From: Nitrosopumilus sp.
GTDB lineage: Archaea > Thermoproteota > Nitrososphaeria > Nitrososphaerales > Nitrosopumilaceae
Direction: 5' to 3'
Length of the DNA stretch: 64,000 bases
NCBI GenBank assembly: GCA_963662625.1
Contig: OY759726.1
Coordinates: 704,001 to 768,000, forward strand
Part shown: positions 10,492 through 20,724 of the stretch, one piece after another
Position numbering within the stretch: the stretch's first letter is position 1
Layout: every line of letters begins with the position of its first letter
Notes under the pieces: generated by a model
What the model was told of the DNA's origin: nothing
Seen by the model: the letters and a program-made list of their open reading frames with translations, nothing else
Databases searched by the model: none
Made by a program: the position numbers and the translations under genes

Positions 10492-11077
10492 CTTTCTCCA
10501 TCTTTTCCAATAGCATGTCCCCCGCCTCGACGCACGCGCCGCCTTCACGGTACAAGTCCAGGGTTATTTGGGGCATCGATACGAGCGTCAGGCCGTCCAC
10601 CTGAAACGATTTGTAAAATACGTGGTCATCGCCAGTCAAGATTCTCACGTTTCCCTTTCCGACTAGCCCGTTTTCGACCAGCGACTCGTGCCAGAGGAGT
10701 CTGTCTGATGGCCGTATGTAGATGTCGGTCCGTGACGGGAACAGGTAGTTTTGTACCTTGTTGTCTGCCTGGTACGTCGTTAGGGCATACTCCAGGCCGG
10801 TTTCCCCCAGCAGCTCCAGCGGTCTTTGTACCAGATAGTCCCTGTATTGCGGGATCGGCTGCCACCGCAGCCACCAGTCCATCAGCGACTTGAAATCCCT
10901 CACCTTGGTTTTTTTGGTTGCCCCTTGCTCTTCTAGTTTTTTTAGTAAATTGTGGACCCATGAGTATCCGCTGTCTGCCAGCTTTGCTATTCGGTATTTT
11001 GTCAGCGTGCCGGTGGGTTCGTTGAGCAGTATCCTGGCCACCCGGCCTTTGATGTTGGTTCGCGTTTCCTTTTTCAT
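10472..11077 (-). CDS. AbiEi-like antitoxin/transcriptional regulator
   Basis: N-terminal HTH, TDIYI, VSMPQITLDLYREGG..EAG; overlaps the start of the AbiEii-like gene. Confidence 0.7.
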   Translation of the reverse strand: MKKETRTNIKGRVARILLNEPTGTLTKYRIAKLADSGYSWVHNLLKKLEEQGATKKTKVRDFKSLMDWWLRWQPIPQYRDYLVQRPLELLGETGLEYALTTYQADNKVQNYLFPSRTDIYIRPSDRLLWHESLVENGLVGKGNVRILTGDDHVFYKSFQVDGLTLVSMPQITLDLYREGGACVEAGDMLLEKMEKDALRKP

Positions 11078-11401
11078 TCCAGCACTTTATTTCGATCCCG
11101 GTTCCAGTATTATATGTTGTTTTAATTTAAATAATGTCTCTAACAACAATATATCGTTTTACATTAAATATACTTCATAAAAGCGATAAAACGTGCCTGA
11201 ATCAGGCGGCACGGATCGAAAGATGCGTGTATTTTGCCTTTAAATATGGTATTATGGCGGGCAAAGGTTCCCGATGGCCGTGGGCCCCCACAGGATTAGC
11301 GCCTGAAAGGATGCTGATCACCTGCTTCGCGCCTGCCATATCCGGGGGCCCGGCGGCGTGCACTCTGCACCTCATGGGGGGTTGTTTGCGGACGTCGCGG
11401 C

Positions 11402-11511
11402 CAAGGTTGCTGCGGCGCGACAGAACCGGCGTTTCCACGCCCAGGTCGCCGAAAGGGGCCGTGCGGCCGGCGGACAAGGTTGCTGCAGCGCGACAGAACC
11501 GGCGTTTCCAC
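11402..11511. repeat. Two 37-bp direct repeats separated by 36 bp
   Basis: CAAGGTTGCTGC(G/A)GCGCGACAGAACCGGCGTTTCCAC at 11402-11438 and 11475-11511, one mismatch. Confidence 0.9.
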
Positions 11512-11646
11512 TGTACGGTTTTTATAATACGTGTCTCCAAAACATCTTACAAGCTTGTCGTTTTCTCCGGTCGGCTCTGCCGGTTAGAGGGGACGTAGTC
11601 TTGGGCCAAGGTTTAAGCTAGGACCACCCAAGGCATTTTTAAAGAT

Positions 11647-11730
11647 GCAGGGATCTCCTAGCTTGGTATGGAGCTTACCTTAAGAGTAAGAGTCCTAGCG
11701 GATTCGTGGGTTCGAATCCCACTCCCTGCG
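11647..11730 (+). tRNA. tRNA-Leu (anticodon TAA)
   Basis: Acceptor stem GCAGGGA/TCCCTGC; anticodon arm CTTAC-CTTAAGA-GTAAG; long variable arm; GTGGGTTCGAATCCCAC T-arm; TTTAAG about 30 nt upstream. Confidence 0.93.
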
Positions 11731-11801
11731 TCAAAGCCCACGCCCCAGACCCGTGCAGTCGCCATAAGGGGGGGGCCACGGCCATGTGCGGGCTTTGTGT
11801 C

Positions 11802-12042
11802 CGTTTAGGCGGGTTGGGAACCCGATCCGCCTCGTGATCGTGCTACGCTGCCCGGCAGGGGCATAACGTGGAAGAGGGACCAGTGCGTTCTGGAGACGGC
11901 GCCTTGGAATGGGCGGGGGTCGTTCACCATGCCGCTGCCCTGGCGGGTCTTGTTTCGAGACAACTCAAGCCTTGCAGGGGCCATCCCCCGTTGATCCGTT
12001 TGGAATTGCGGTGGCTGACTGTGTGTGCATTTCGCGTAACTG
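11802..12042 (-). mobile_element. Internally deleted, MITE-like ISH3 derivative
   Basis: 11892-12042 aligns with 63721-63875; the left part weakly resembles the other end (ACCCGATCC), so the left boundary is uncertain. Confidence 0.65.
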
Positions 12043-12102
12043 GTTCCCAAAAAACACATTAAGTGTAGGCTTTTCTTTCCTAGAAGGATTAAGCATCAAA
12101 AC

Positions 12103-12333
12103 ATGGCTGGAGTCAAGCTGGTTATTGTAGGTTTAACAGTTGTAGGAATCGGAGCTTCCTTATGGTGTGGTGTTGTCTACCAGGCAGGCACCGATGCCAC
12201 GTTGGCTGACTTTATGGACGGCTTTCCTGTAGCAGTAAAAGGCATCATGGTTCTGGCGGCGGTGGCCGGGGTAGGGTTTGGCATTTTTGCGTGGGGCATT
12301 CGTGCTAAAATCGGATCTAGCGGGAACCTTTGA
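12103..12333 (+). CDS. Small two-TM membrane protein
   Basis: 76 aa, two hydrophobic helices, AT-rich upstream region. Confidence 0.55.
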   Translation: MAGVKLVIVGLTVVGIGASLWCGVVYQAGTDATLADFMDGFPVAVKGIMVLAAVAGVGFGIFAWGIRAKIGSSGNL

Positions 12334-12487
12334 GGCAGGCAGACTGCCGCCGACCACCCTTCAACTCCAAGCTGTGCGGCCTTCACAGGTTAGGCGTATG
12401 CGTTCTGGCACCCCATGCCGCGCCACGGCAAAAGGGTCCACGGCCGCTTCAGGAAAGCAGACACGCCCATGGAAGGCGGGGGCAAAA

Positions 12488-13774
12488 TCAGGAAGGCCCG
12501 GGGCGGGAAGGGATCCGCGATACTGCCCGCGTCAGGCCGTCGCAAATGACCTTCCAATTGCCGTGATCGGGGCCGTACGAGCTAATGCTCTCCAGCGCGG
12601 CCTCCATGACACTCTCTTCGAGGCGTTTTTTCATGGTTGCCTCGGGCACCCTGTACCTTTCGACGTTGTCCAGGCCGCCCCCGCCAAACGCACGGACGTC
12701 GTGCCCGCGCCGCAGCTCTTCAACAGCCTCGTCCACGTCTGCGGCGGTAAGCGAGTATGTGGAACGGCCTACAAGCGGAATGCCGTCTCCGACCGTGATG
12801 ATCTTGAGCTTCTCACGCGTGCCAAGGCCGCCGAACCACCTCTTCTCGCATTCTTCTGACAGGCCATTAAAAATGACGTGGGTCGCGATATCGTTGTTTA
12901 CGATGTGGTAGACGAGCCACTCCTTTTCCGGCCTTAGCGTCTCGGATTCGAGGAATCTGGACACGAAGCGGGTTGCGTGGCGCCAAAACCGGTTTTCCCT
13001 CCCAAGGTAAGCCGCGTCGACGAAAACCATCGGGTCAAAAACGCGGGGGCGCTCCGGGGGGCGGGAATAAGGCGTCATGATCGGCTTGACGCGGCGATCC
13101 TGTTTTTTTCCGATCCTGGCCCTTTCCAGCCTCTTGGGATAGGCGTCAACTGTTCCGTCTTCCTTGCGCAGTTCCAGCCGAATCCTGCTGAACCCGAACG
13201 AAACTGCGTCCCGGCAGTACTCCTCCTCGATTCTCCTGTGCTGCCTTTCGGTATACTCGGACAGTTCCCCCAGTTTCTTGACCGTTGGCCGGTTGCGATC
13301 AAGCAGATCCAGGATGACCATTTCGCCCAAGGCGTTGATCCGTTCCTGAATCCTCTTGGCGTTCGATATTTTTTCATTTATCCGCCTCCTGTTCTCCCAG
13401 TACCTGCGGGCATGCAGGTATGGAATGTTCCAGTCCACGTGGTGCCGCGGGCGGCAGCCCCCGCCATGCTTGCCGGCAGGGGCCATCTTTAAGAGCATCC
13501 TGTCGAATGCCGCGCGCCATGAATGATATTGCCTGTCAACCTCGCGCCCGTCGGCCATCCTGCGGGAGATCTCCTGATCCCCGTAGGTGGAGGGATCAAA
13601 TTCCAGCGAATCGTCCCAGGAGTCGTGTACCTTTTTCTGCACGGGGATCCAAGACGCCGGTTTCCTTTTAAAGAAAGCGGGCAGGAGAGGGGCGACCCCT
13701 CTTTCAGAGGTGTGGGCGGGAGGAGCCAAAGGCTGAGGCGGCGCCCGCCGCAGAAAGGATCCGGCAAGCGGCAT
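12488..13774 (-). CDS. Hypothetical protein (start uncertain)
   Basis: 428-aa ORF with protein-like composition; no recognised motif. Confidence 0.5.
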   Translation of the reverse strand: MPLAGSFLRRAPPQPLAPPAHTSERGVAPLLPAFFKRKPASWIPVQKKVHDSWDDSLEFDPSTYGDQEISRRMADGREVDRQYHSWRAAFDRMLLKMAPAGKHGGGCRPRHHVDWNIPYLHARRYWENRRRINEKISNAKRIQERINALGEMVILDLLDRNRPTVKKLGELSEYTERQHRRIEEEYCRDAVSFGFSRIRLELRKEDGTVDAYPKRLERARIGKKQDRRVKPIMTPYSRPPERPRVFDPMVFVDAAYLGRENRFWRHATRFVSRFLESETLRPEKEWLVYHIVNNDIATHVIFNGLSEECEKRWFGGLGTREKLKIITVGDGIPLVGRSTYSLTAADVDEAVEELRRGHDVRAFGGGGLDNVERYRVPEATMKKRLEESVMEAALESISSYGPDHGNWKVICDGLTRAVSRIPSRPGPS

Positions 13775-13912
13775 GGCAGTGGCGTCGGCGCCGTTTTAAA
13801 AAAAAGCCCAGCCCATCACTGGGCTGGGCGCATGGGCTGTTCTTCCAGCATGCCCCCGCCGAGGGGCAAGGCCGGACAATCCCCGCGTGCCGGAATTTTG
13901 GGCGTTTTGTAA

Positions 13913-13999
13913 CTAGTGCGGGTTCTTCCCGGACGGGTTTCCTGTCTTGCTGGCGCCGCCGGATTTGCCTTTCCCGCCGCCGCGTCCTGCCTTGGCCAT
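13913..13999 (-). CDS. 28-aa Gly/Lys-rich peptide
   Basis: GGAGGTGA Shine-Dalgarno just before the ATG; MAKAGRGGGKGKSGGASKTGNPSGKNPH. Confidence 0.5.
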   Translation of the reverse strand: MAKAGRGGGKGKSGGASKTGNPSGKNPH

Positions 14000-15424
14000 T
14001 ATTTCACCTCCCTTAGTTTCATATGTATTGTTACCCAAAATGCCTTTTAAGGAAAGCGGACAGTTGTGCGTGCTCCCTAGAGTGACGCTCACAAATAATT
14101 TCGCCTCCTGAATGGCCATACGGCAGCACGTCGCATGATCCGGCACGATCCACGGATTATGGCCCGGCCGTGCCGCTTGGAGTCCCTGCGCCCCAGCCTC
14201 CCCCGCCCACCGGTCGTGCTGGGCCGCCGTGGGCCTTACCCCCTGCACGATGTTCTCCCACCTGCGCGAGCGCGCGTGGTCCCCGGACGTCCCCTTGAAC
14301 GCCGACATGGTTATCCCGGTCGGCCGCCTCCTGCCGTACCCCTTCCTGGCCTCCCGGTACCGGGCATTCTCCTCCCTCTCCCTCGTGCCCGTCCTGCCGG
14401 CGCGCGCCTCCGGGCCGCCCCCCGGCCGGCCCCGCGCCGCCCCGCCCCACGCGCCGCCAGCGCCCCTGCCCCAGGCGGCGGGCGCCACCCTGGCCGGGAT
14501 GATCGGCCCCACGCCCATGCCGCGGCACCTCCGCACGTTGTCCCGCGACGCGTACGCCCCGTCCGCGATCAGGCGCGCCCCGCGGGGGCCGGGCGGCTGG
14601 CCGCACTGCAGCGCGAGCGGCGCCACGCCGCTCGCGGGGAGGTTGGGCGGGGGCGAGCCCGCGCGCGGCAGGGGATCCCCCGCCGCGGCGGCCTTCCCGC
14701 GGATCAGCGCCATGCGCCTGTCCTGCTTCCCGCCCTGCTTCCCCTCCTGCTTCCCGCCCTGCTTCCCGCCCTGCTTCCCCTCTTGCCGCTTCCCGTCACG
14801 CGGCCCCGCCACGGTTCCCAGGAGCTCCTTCAGCATGGGGGAGTCGCCCGTCCTGTCGTCGGTCACCACCGCCGCGGGCATCTTCTTCGTGTCGGCGTCG
14901 GCCAGCAGGTGCAGCCTGGCGAACCCGCGCCTCGCCTCCCGCTTCTTCCGTATCCACTCGCCCCGGTTGCACTGCTTCAGGCCGGTCGAGTCCGCCAGCA
15001 GGGTCATGGGCTGGCCGCCGCCGGAGACGCGGACGACTCCCCCGCCGATGCCCGCGCCGGGGCGCGCCATCCTCCTGGCCAGCACCGAGTAGTGCGGCGC
15101 GCCGCGCCCCCCCAGCATCCCCGCGAGGAGCCCGGACAGCTGCCTGTACTGGACCCCGAGCGAGGTCCTCACCGCGGCGGCGGCCATGACCAGCGCCCAG
15201 GCGTACCTGAACGGGGCGCCCTCCTTGCCGGCGTTGGCCTCCCTCAGGTCGTCCCCCGGCCGGGGCCATGCGACACCGCCAGGCCCCGCCCGCGCCTGGC
15301 GCATTTCTCGTTGTCGGTCGCAGCCAACGGGGACGGTGCGCGGCCGTGATCCAAGGCCTTTTCGGTTTGGCGTGGTTGGGCCCGGGGTTCAACTGTTCAG
15401 GCCCGGCAATTTCTGGCAGTTGTG

Positions 15425-16831
15425 CACCTATGTTAACCACTCAGGCGTAGTTGCCGCAATGCATCCCGCGGTTTTTCCGATCCGTGACTGGGTTGCATGG
15501 CATGAGATTTATAGCTAGCGCTGGCAAGACGATCCGGGATGCGGGCAGCGCGGGGGGCCGCCCCCGGCGCGCCTTCCCCGTCCCGGCCAGCTTGCGCCGG
15601 CACGGCCCCTCGTTGCGGGACTCGTAGGGTGTCTTGGTGGTCAGCATGTGCCACATTATGGTGACCATCTTGTGGGCCACCACCATGATTGCCGGCCCAT
15701 GCTTGTCCGCGTGCCTCCGGCGCGCGGACGCATACACGGCTTCCATCCTGGCGTCGTGCCGCACGGCGGTGTTCGCGGCCTCGCGCATGGCCCAGTTGAC
15801 CAGGCTGCCGGGGTCGATCTTCTTGATCCTCCCCGCGTACGGCCGGTTCCCCGACTGGCAGGCCGCCGGGCACAGCCCGGCCCACGACACCATCTGCCTT
15901 GGCCCCCTGAACCTGGAGACGTCCCCGATCCCGGGGGCCATCAGCACCGCGGTGAACGTGCCGACGCCGGTCATGCTGGCCAGCAGCCTCGCGTCACCGT
16001 TGTGGGCGGCCCCCGTCCCGGGGAGCCCCTCCGTCACGGAGATCTCCTCCGTCAGGTGCCTCACCTGCCGGGCGCACTGGCCCAGGACCAACCCGTCGTG
16101 CCCAGAGCCCGGCCCCGCGGATTCCAGCTGCCCCAGGGCCTTTTCGGAGTGCATGGTGGAGGCGTCCATTTGGATGTCGTGGCGGTCCAGGAGGCTGCGG
16201 GCGCGGCTTGTCACGCGCGTCCTGTCCCGGGCCAGCCTCACCCTCTGCCTGACCATCGCGCGTATCCCCCTGGTGTGGCCCGGGGGGACGTAGCACTCCG
16301 GTATCATGTCCATCCCCGGCACCTGCGCTATCTTCTCTGCGTCAATCCTGTCGGTCTTCTTGGCGGTCCTGGCTATCAGGGCCATCTTGTACGTGTTGGC
16401 CAGTTTGATGCCGGTCCCGGCCGCCTCGAAGGCGTCAAACGTCTTGTTCCACATGTTGCCAGTCGTCTCGCAGGCGGCCCTGCAGGGGCCGCCGCCCAGG
16501 TACCTGCGCGCCATCACCCCTGCGAACTTCGCCGCGCCGTCCCGGGTGTTGGGGTACTGCCCCCTCTCGAGAACCTTCCCGTTCCCGTCCACCACGCACG
16601 CGCCGCGCTTTCTCTTCCCCATGCCTGTCCCTATGCTTGTCTTTCTCATCCTTTCCTATCACCTCCTTTCGGATGTCTGACGGATCGGAAGCTGCACACA
16701 CCTATCAGGGCGCGAAGCCCAGTGACACGGCAGCTCGGATTGCCCCATTCAACAGAAAGGGCGCCAGGCCCACGCGCTACCAGGGGTCGATCCATCGGGG
16801 CAACTACGCCTGGGTGGTTATCATGTGTTCA
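15425..16831 (-). mobile_element. IS110-family element copy A (transposase 15441..16649)
   Basis: ACETTG, KTDRIDA, GVG, QSG motifs; CA core at both ends; reverse-complement match to 24472-25878. Confidence 0.92.
16679..16796 (-). ncRNA. Putative bridge RNA of IS110 copy A
   Basis: Reverse complement of 24507-24624. Confidence 0.7.
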
Positions 16832-16886
16832 ACAGACTACAGGCAAGGGTAATTATTAAAGCGCCGCCCGGTTTGCTTTATGGCTT

Positions 16887-17946
16887 TGTAGTAAATGCGG
16901 ATGTGGTCAATTGTACGGAAAGTCGGTCCGCGCCGGATCGAGAGGACTGTATCCGACTATTTTAGGCTGTACCGATCACGGAAGGCCATGACAGGAAGAC
17001 TTGCTGGGGGGTCCCGGAAGTACCTGGTCAGGCAGCGAGAGAAGGGCGTGCCGTCATCCCGGGTGGCGGCGGACCTGGGAATCACCGCCAGGCACGCACG
17101 GAGGATGCGGGCGAGGTTCCTGTAGACCGGAACGACGGTGGCTAGGATGGGCAGGCCGCGCGCCTGCATGAGTGCCGCCCAGATACGGCTGGCTACAGAC
17201 GCGCACCCGAGGCACCGGTGGGGGTGGTGCGCACCGCGAGGCGCCTCAGGAGGGGCCATGATATAAGCTACTGCTCCGCATGCCGGATACTGGAGAAGGC
17301 CGGGGCGGTGGCCGCGTCTGCCGCAAAACCGGGGAGGCGCGAGCGGGTGCGCTACGAGCGCAAATGCCCGGACGCCATGTGGCACGTCGACTGGCACGAG
17401 ATGAAGGACCCCCGGTTCAGGGGCCTCCAGCTGGTCGCGTACCTGGACGACGCCTCGCGGTGCGCGGTGGCCGCGCGCGTGTTCACGCAGGCCACGCCGG
17501 GGAACGCCGTGCTGGCGCTCAGGGACGCGATCGGGCGGTTCGGCACGCCGGCCACCGTGCTCCCCGGCAACGGCTCGTGCTTCGTGGGCCGGAACGGCCG
17601 CAGGAAGGCCCCTCCCCGGCCGTGGAAGCCCACCGCGTTCGAGGCGGAGCTGCCGGGCCTCGGGATCGAGCTCATAAACTCCAGGCCGCACCACCCCCAG
17701 ACCAACGGGAAGATCGAGAGGTTCTTCCGGAGCGTGGAGGACGGGACATGGCACTACGAGAGCATGTCCGAGTACATGGCGTACTACAACGAGGACAGGC
17801 CGCGCTTCTCCCTGGACATCGACAACTACCAGACCCCGCTGAAGGCCTTCCATGACAAGGAGGCCGTGGCAGCGATCAGGGAGAGCAACCCGGGATGGAT
17901 GGAGGCGGAGGCGGATGACTAGCGGACCGACTTTTCATATACTACA
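16887..17946 (+). mobile_element. IS481-family element with pseudogenised transposase
   Basis: Ends TGTAGTAAATG / CATATACTACA; WHVD, YLDDASR, PQTNGKIERF motifs; TAG at 17123-17125, frameshift near 17215, second Asp replaced (PGNG). Confidence 0.88.
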
Positions 17947-17995
17947 AAGACTGCGAATGTAAAACAAGTGATATATATTTGAAGGACACAATACA

Positions 17996-18640
17996 ATGGA
18001 ATTGGGCTTTATAGATATTTTCAAGAAAAGCAGGAGACAGATAAACAGGGAGAACCAAGAACAGGGTAGGAGGGGAGAGAGGCAAATCAGGGAAAAATAC
18101 GAGTTCTCTGGCCATGAGGTTGAAAGGACCGGCAGGGGCCACGACTTTAAGGTGTCTAAGACCAACTGGCTTACAGGTAAAAAAGAAATCAAATACGTAG
18201 AAGTCAAGACCGGCAATTCAAGGCAGTCGCCACTGCAGAAAAAAAAGATGAGGCGATTGGGCGAGAGGTATGTGGTGGAAAGGGTGGGCACTGGGCTGTT
18301 TGGGCTTGGATCTACCACCACATACGGCACTCCCAAGAACCCACCTGCTGGAACCTGGGGCCCGGGCTCCCTGCTGGGCGGATCCGCCCCGAGGAAGAAG
18401 AGGTCGGCCAAAAAGCCTTCCAGCAGCATCTGGGGCCCGGGCTCCCTGCTGGGCGGATCCGCCCCGAGGAAGAAGAGGTCGGCCAAAAAGCCTTCCAGCA
18501 GCATCTGGGAATCGCCAAAAAGGAAGAGCAATCCCGGAAGGAAGAGCCCAACAAAATCATCTGCCAGCATCTGGGGCTCGGGTGTCTCTACCAGAAGAAA
18601 GAGCAGGGCCAAAGGATCTGGTTTCGGGATGTGGTCCTAG
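17996..18640 (+). CDS. PD-(D/E)XK-type nuclease domain with a basic repetitive tail
   Basis: GRRGE..GHDF..YVEVKTG..SPLQ, then WG...KK repeats. Confidence 0.6.
   Translation: MELGFIDIFKKSRRQINRENQEQGRRGERQIREKYEFSGHEVERTGRGHDFKVSKTNWLTGKKEIKYVEVKTGNSRQSPLQKKKMRRLGERYVVERVGTGLFGLGSTTTYGTPKNPPAGTWGPGSLLGGSAPRKKRSAKKPSSSIWGPGSLLGGSAPRKKRSAKKPSSSIWESPKRKSNPGRKSPTKSSASIWGSGVSTRRKSRAKGSGFGMWS
18355..18509. repeat. Perfect 75-bp in-frame tandem duplication
   Basis: 18355-18429 equals 18430-18504, encoding WGPGSLLGGSAPRKKRSAKKPSSSI twice. Confidence 0.9.
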
Positions 18641-19146
18641 CTCTAGGTAACGCAATACAGGTTTATTGGCACACTCTTGCCACTATCTAGTTGCAGGTGA
18701 CTGTATGGACCATGTACGTGGCAGGCTTTCAGGTCGCTGCCAGCTGCGCATCCGACTTGGCGTGGCCTAGGCCATTAGCGGCCTGGGCGGCAGGCACGCA
18801 TGGCAACTAACGTCACGATTAATATTTTGCACTGCACCACACAAGGATACGCAAGGACGAGGACATGGCAGAAAAACACCCCAGAAAGGGCAGGAGGTGC
18901 CAGCACAGGCATTCGCAAGGACGACTCCCAGTCCGTGGGAAGCCGTCACCAACGAACGGCAGAGGGGCGAGTACCATGCCGCACGTGGGGAGGCGGACTG
19001 GTCTTCGTAGGCCGCACTCTAGGGGGACGATTGGATGCTCCCACCTTTATGCCACCACGGGGGGCGTTATTAGTGCAGAAAATGCGGACATGTGCTGAAT
19101 GTAAGGAACGTGGGTAAGGCCACGGTGCCCGGATCAGGCTACAGAC

Positions 19147-19335
19147 GTGTGGCTTGATAGCACGTCGGGGTTGGGCTTTGAGGGCATCTGCAGCACCATC
19201 TTCGGCAGGTGCGGGTTCAAGACTAAGAAGATTGGCGGCACCTCCGACGGCGGACACGACATACTGGTTTGGGGAGATTCAGGCAAGATGGTCGTGGAGT
19301 GCAAGCACCAAGAAAAGAAGGCGGGGCGGCCTTAG
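19147..19335 (+). pseudogene. Mrr-like restriction endonuclease fragment
   Basis: SGLGFE..GF..SDGGHDI..VVECKH..GRP followed by a premature stop. Confidence 0.65.
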
Positions 19336-19608
19336 GCCGAAGTCCGGGGGGCGCGAGGTTGACGGGGAAACGCTTGACGGCCATCCCGAACCCAAGGTCA
19401 CGGCGGGGCGAAGACGTCGGGAGGGGGACCTGCGTGGCGGGGCCATCTCCGAATCGGGGCGCTCCGTGCCAGCCGCCGCCGGGCCGGATCCGGTCAGGCT
19501 TGCAGCCGACTCCAAAAGAGCGCGGCGGGGCGTCGGCCGATCCCCCTCAGTGGGGCCGGATCCGGCGCGCGGGTACTCGCTTTAAATATTCCCGCGCCAG
19601 ACCTTGGC

Positions 19609-20542
19609 CATGACGGCTGCCCGAAAGGACGGCGGGTACGAGGATCCCGCGCCGGACGACGTGATCGACGAGATCGAGGACCGTATGGGCGACGACGATC
19701 TTGCCGGCGCCCTGCTTGCAACAAACAGGGAACTGGCGAGGACGCCGGACAGCATAGAGCTCCACTCCCTGAAGGGCGAGATCCTCTCCAGCACGGGGAG
19801 GTACGGCGAGGCGTCGGCCGCGTATGACCGGATCCTGGAGTTGGAGCCGGACGATCCGGAGGCGTGGATCCACAAGAGCTTCGTCTTTTTAGCGCTGGAC
19901 CGCCCCGAGGACAGCCTGGATGCAGCAGACAGGGCGATTGGGCTTGGCCTGGACGACTCCGTGGCTCTGGTGGCGAGGGCCGAGGCGCTGCTGGAGCTGG
20001 GAAGGCACGGCGAGGCGATGAAGGTAGTCAACGACGTGCTCGCGGGGGACCCGGGGCACGTCGACGTGCTGGGCCTCGAGGCCGAGATCCTCTCGGCGAT
20101 GGGCAGGCATGGCGAGGCCGCGGCCCTGCTGGAAAAGCTTTCGGGCTGGGATCCGGGGTCGGCCGAGGCGCTGGTCCTGCTCTCCGGCGAGCACATGATG
20201 GCGGGGGACTTTGGGAGGGCCCTGGAGGTCGCAGACAGGGCCGTGGCGCTCGACGGGGACGATCCCGCGGCATGGGAGATCAAGGGCGCGTCGCTATACG
20301 AGCTTGGCAGGCCGGAGGAGGCCCTGGAGTGCATCCTGAATGCCCAAGACATGGATCCTGCAGGCGGCGAGACGTGGTACCAAAAGGCAAGGATCCTCGC
20401 TGGCGGCGAGCGGGACGGGGCGCTTGACGCCCTTCTTGTGGCCGTCTCGATAAATCCCGACAACAAGAAAAGGGCTGGCGCGGACGGGTCGTTTGCGGGC
20501 CTCCGGCAGGACGCGAGGTTCAAGAAGATGACCGGCCCCTAG
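19609..20542 (+). CDS. Tetratricopeptide repeat protein (start approximate)
   Basis: Repeated AW..KG..L..LGR.EEAL...D.P units. Confidence 0.85.
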
Positions 20543-20724
20543 CGGGATCCCGGGGCGCGGGGGCCGCGGTGCCGGGCGGCCTGCGCGCATGGCCGGCCCA
20601 AGAAGGGGGCACCGCATCCCAAAGACGGAAAGGCCGTCAGCCGTGGCGCGATCGCTGCGTGCGGGGGCAGGCGGGCAGCTGCCCGGGGGCAGGCCGGAGG
20701 GCGCTGGCCGCGGGCTCCCCGGCG

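Larger units (their letters stand above)
14124..16839 (-). mobile_element. IS5-family element copy A (degenerate), with IS110 copy A nested in its right-hand TIR
   Basis: ADSTG..LHLLAD..IADGAY transposase motifs; RRWLIE of copy B is here RRRPTG; the TIR AGTTGTGCAACAGACTA is split at CA by the IS110; left TIR degenerate. Confidence 0.85.

Noticed and set aside
11402-11511. Calling this a bona fide CRISPR array
   Set aside because: Only two repeats, no cas genes in the window and no canonical repeat end; kept as a repeat and a finding.
13913-15304. 463-aa IS5 ORF as a genuine extended transposase
   Set aside because: The stop seen in copy B (25931) is mutated in copy A, so the frame reads through into flanking DNA; the catalytic Glu motif is also lost.
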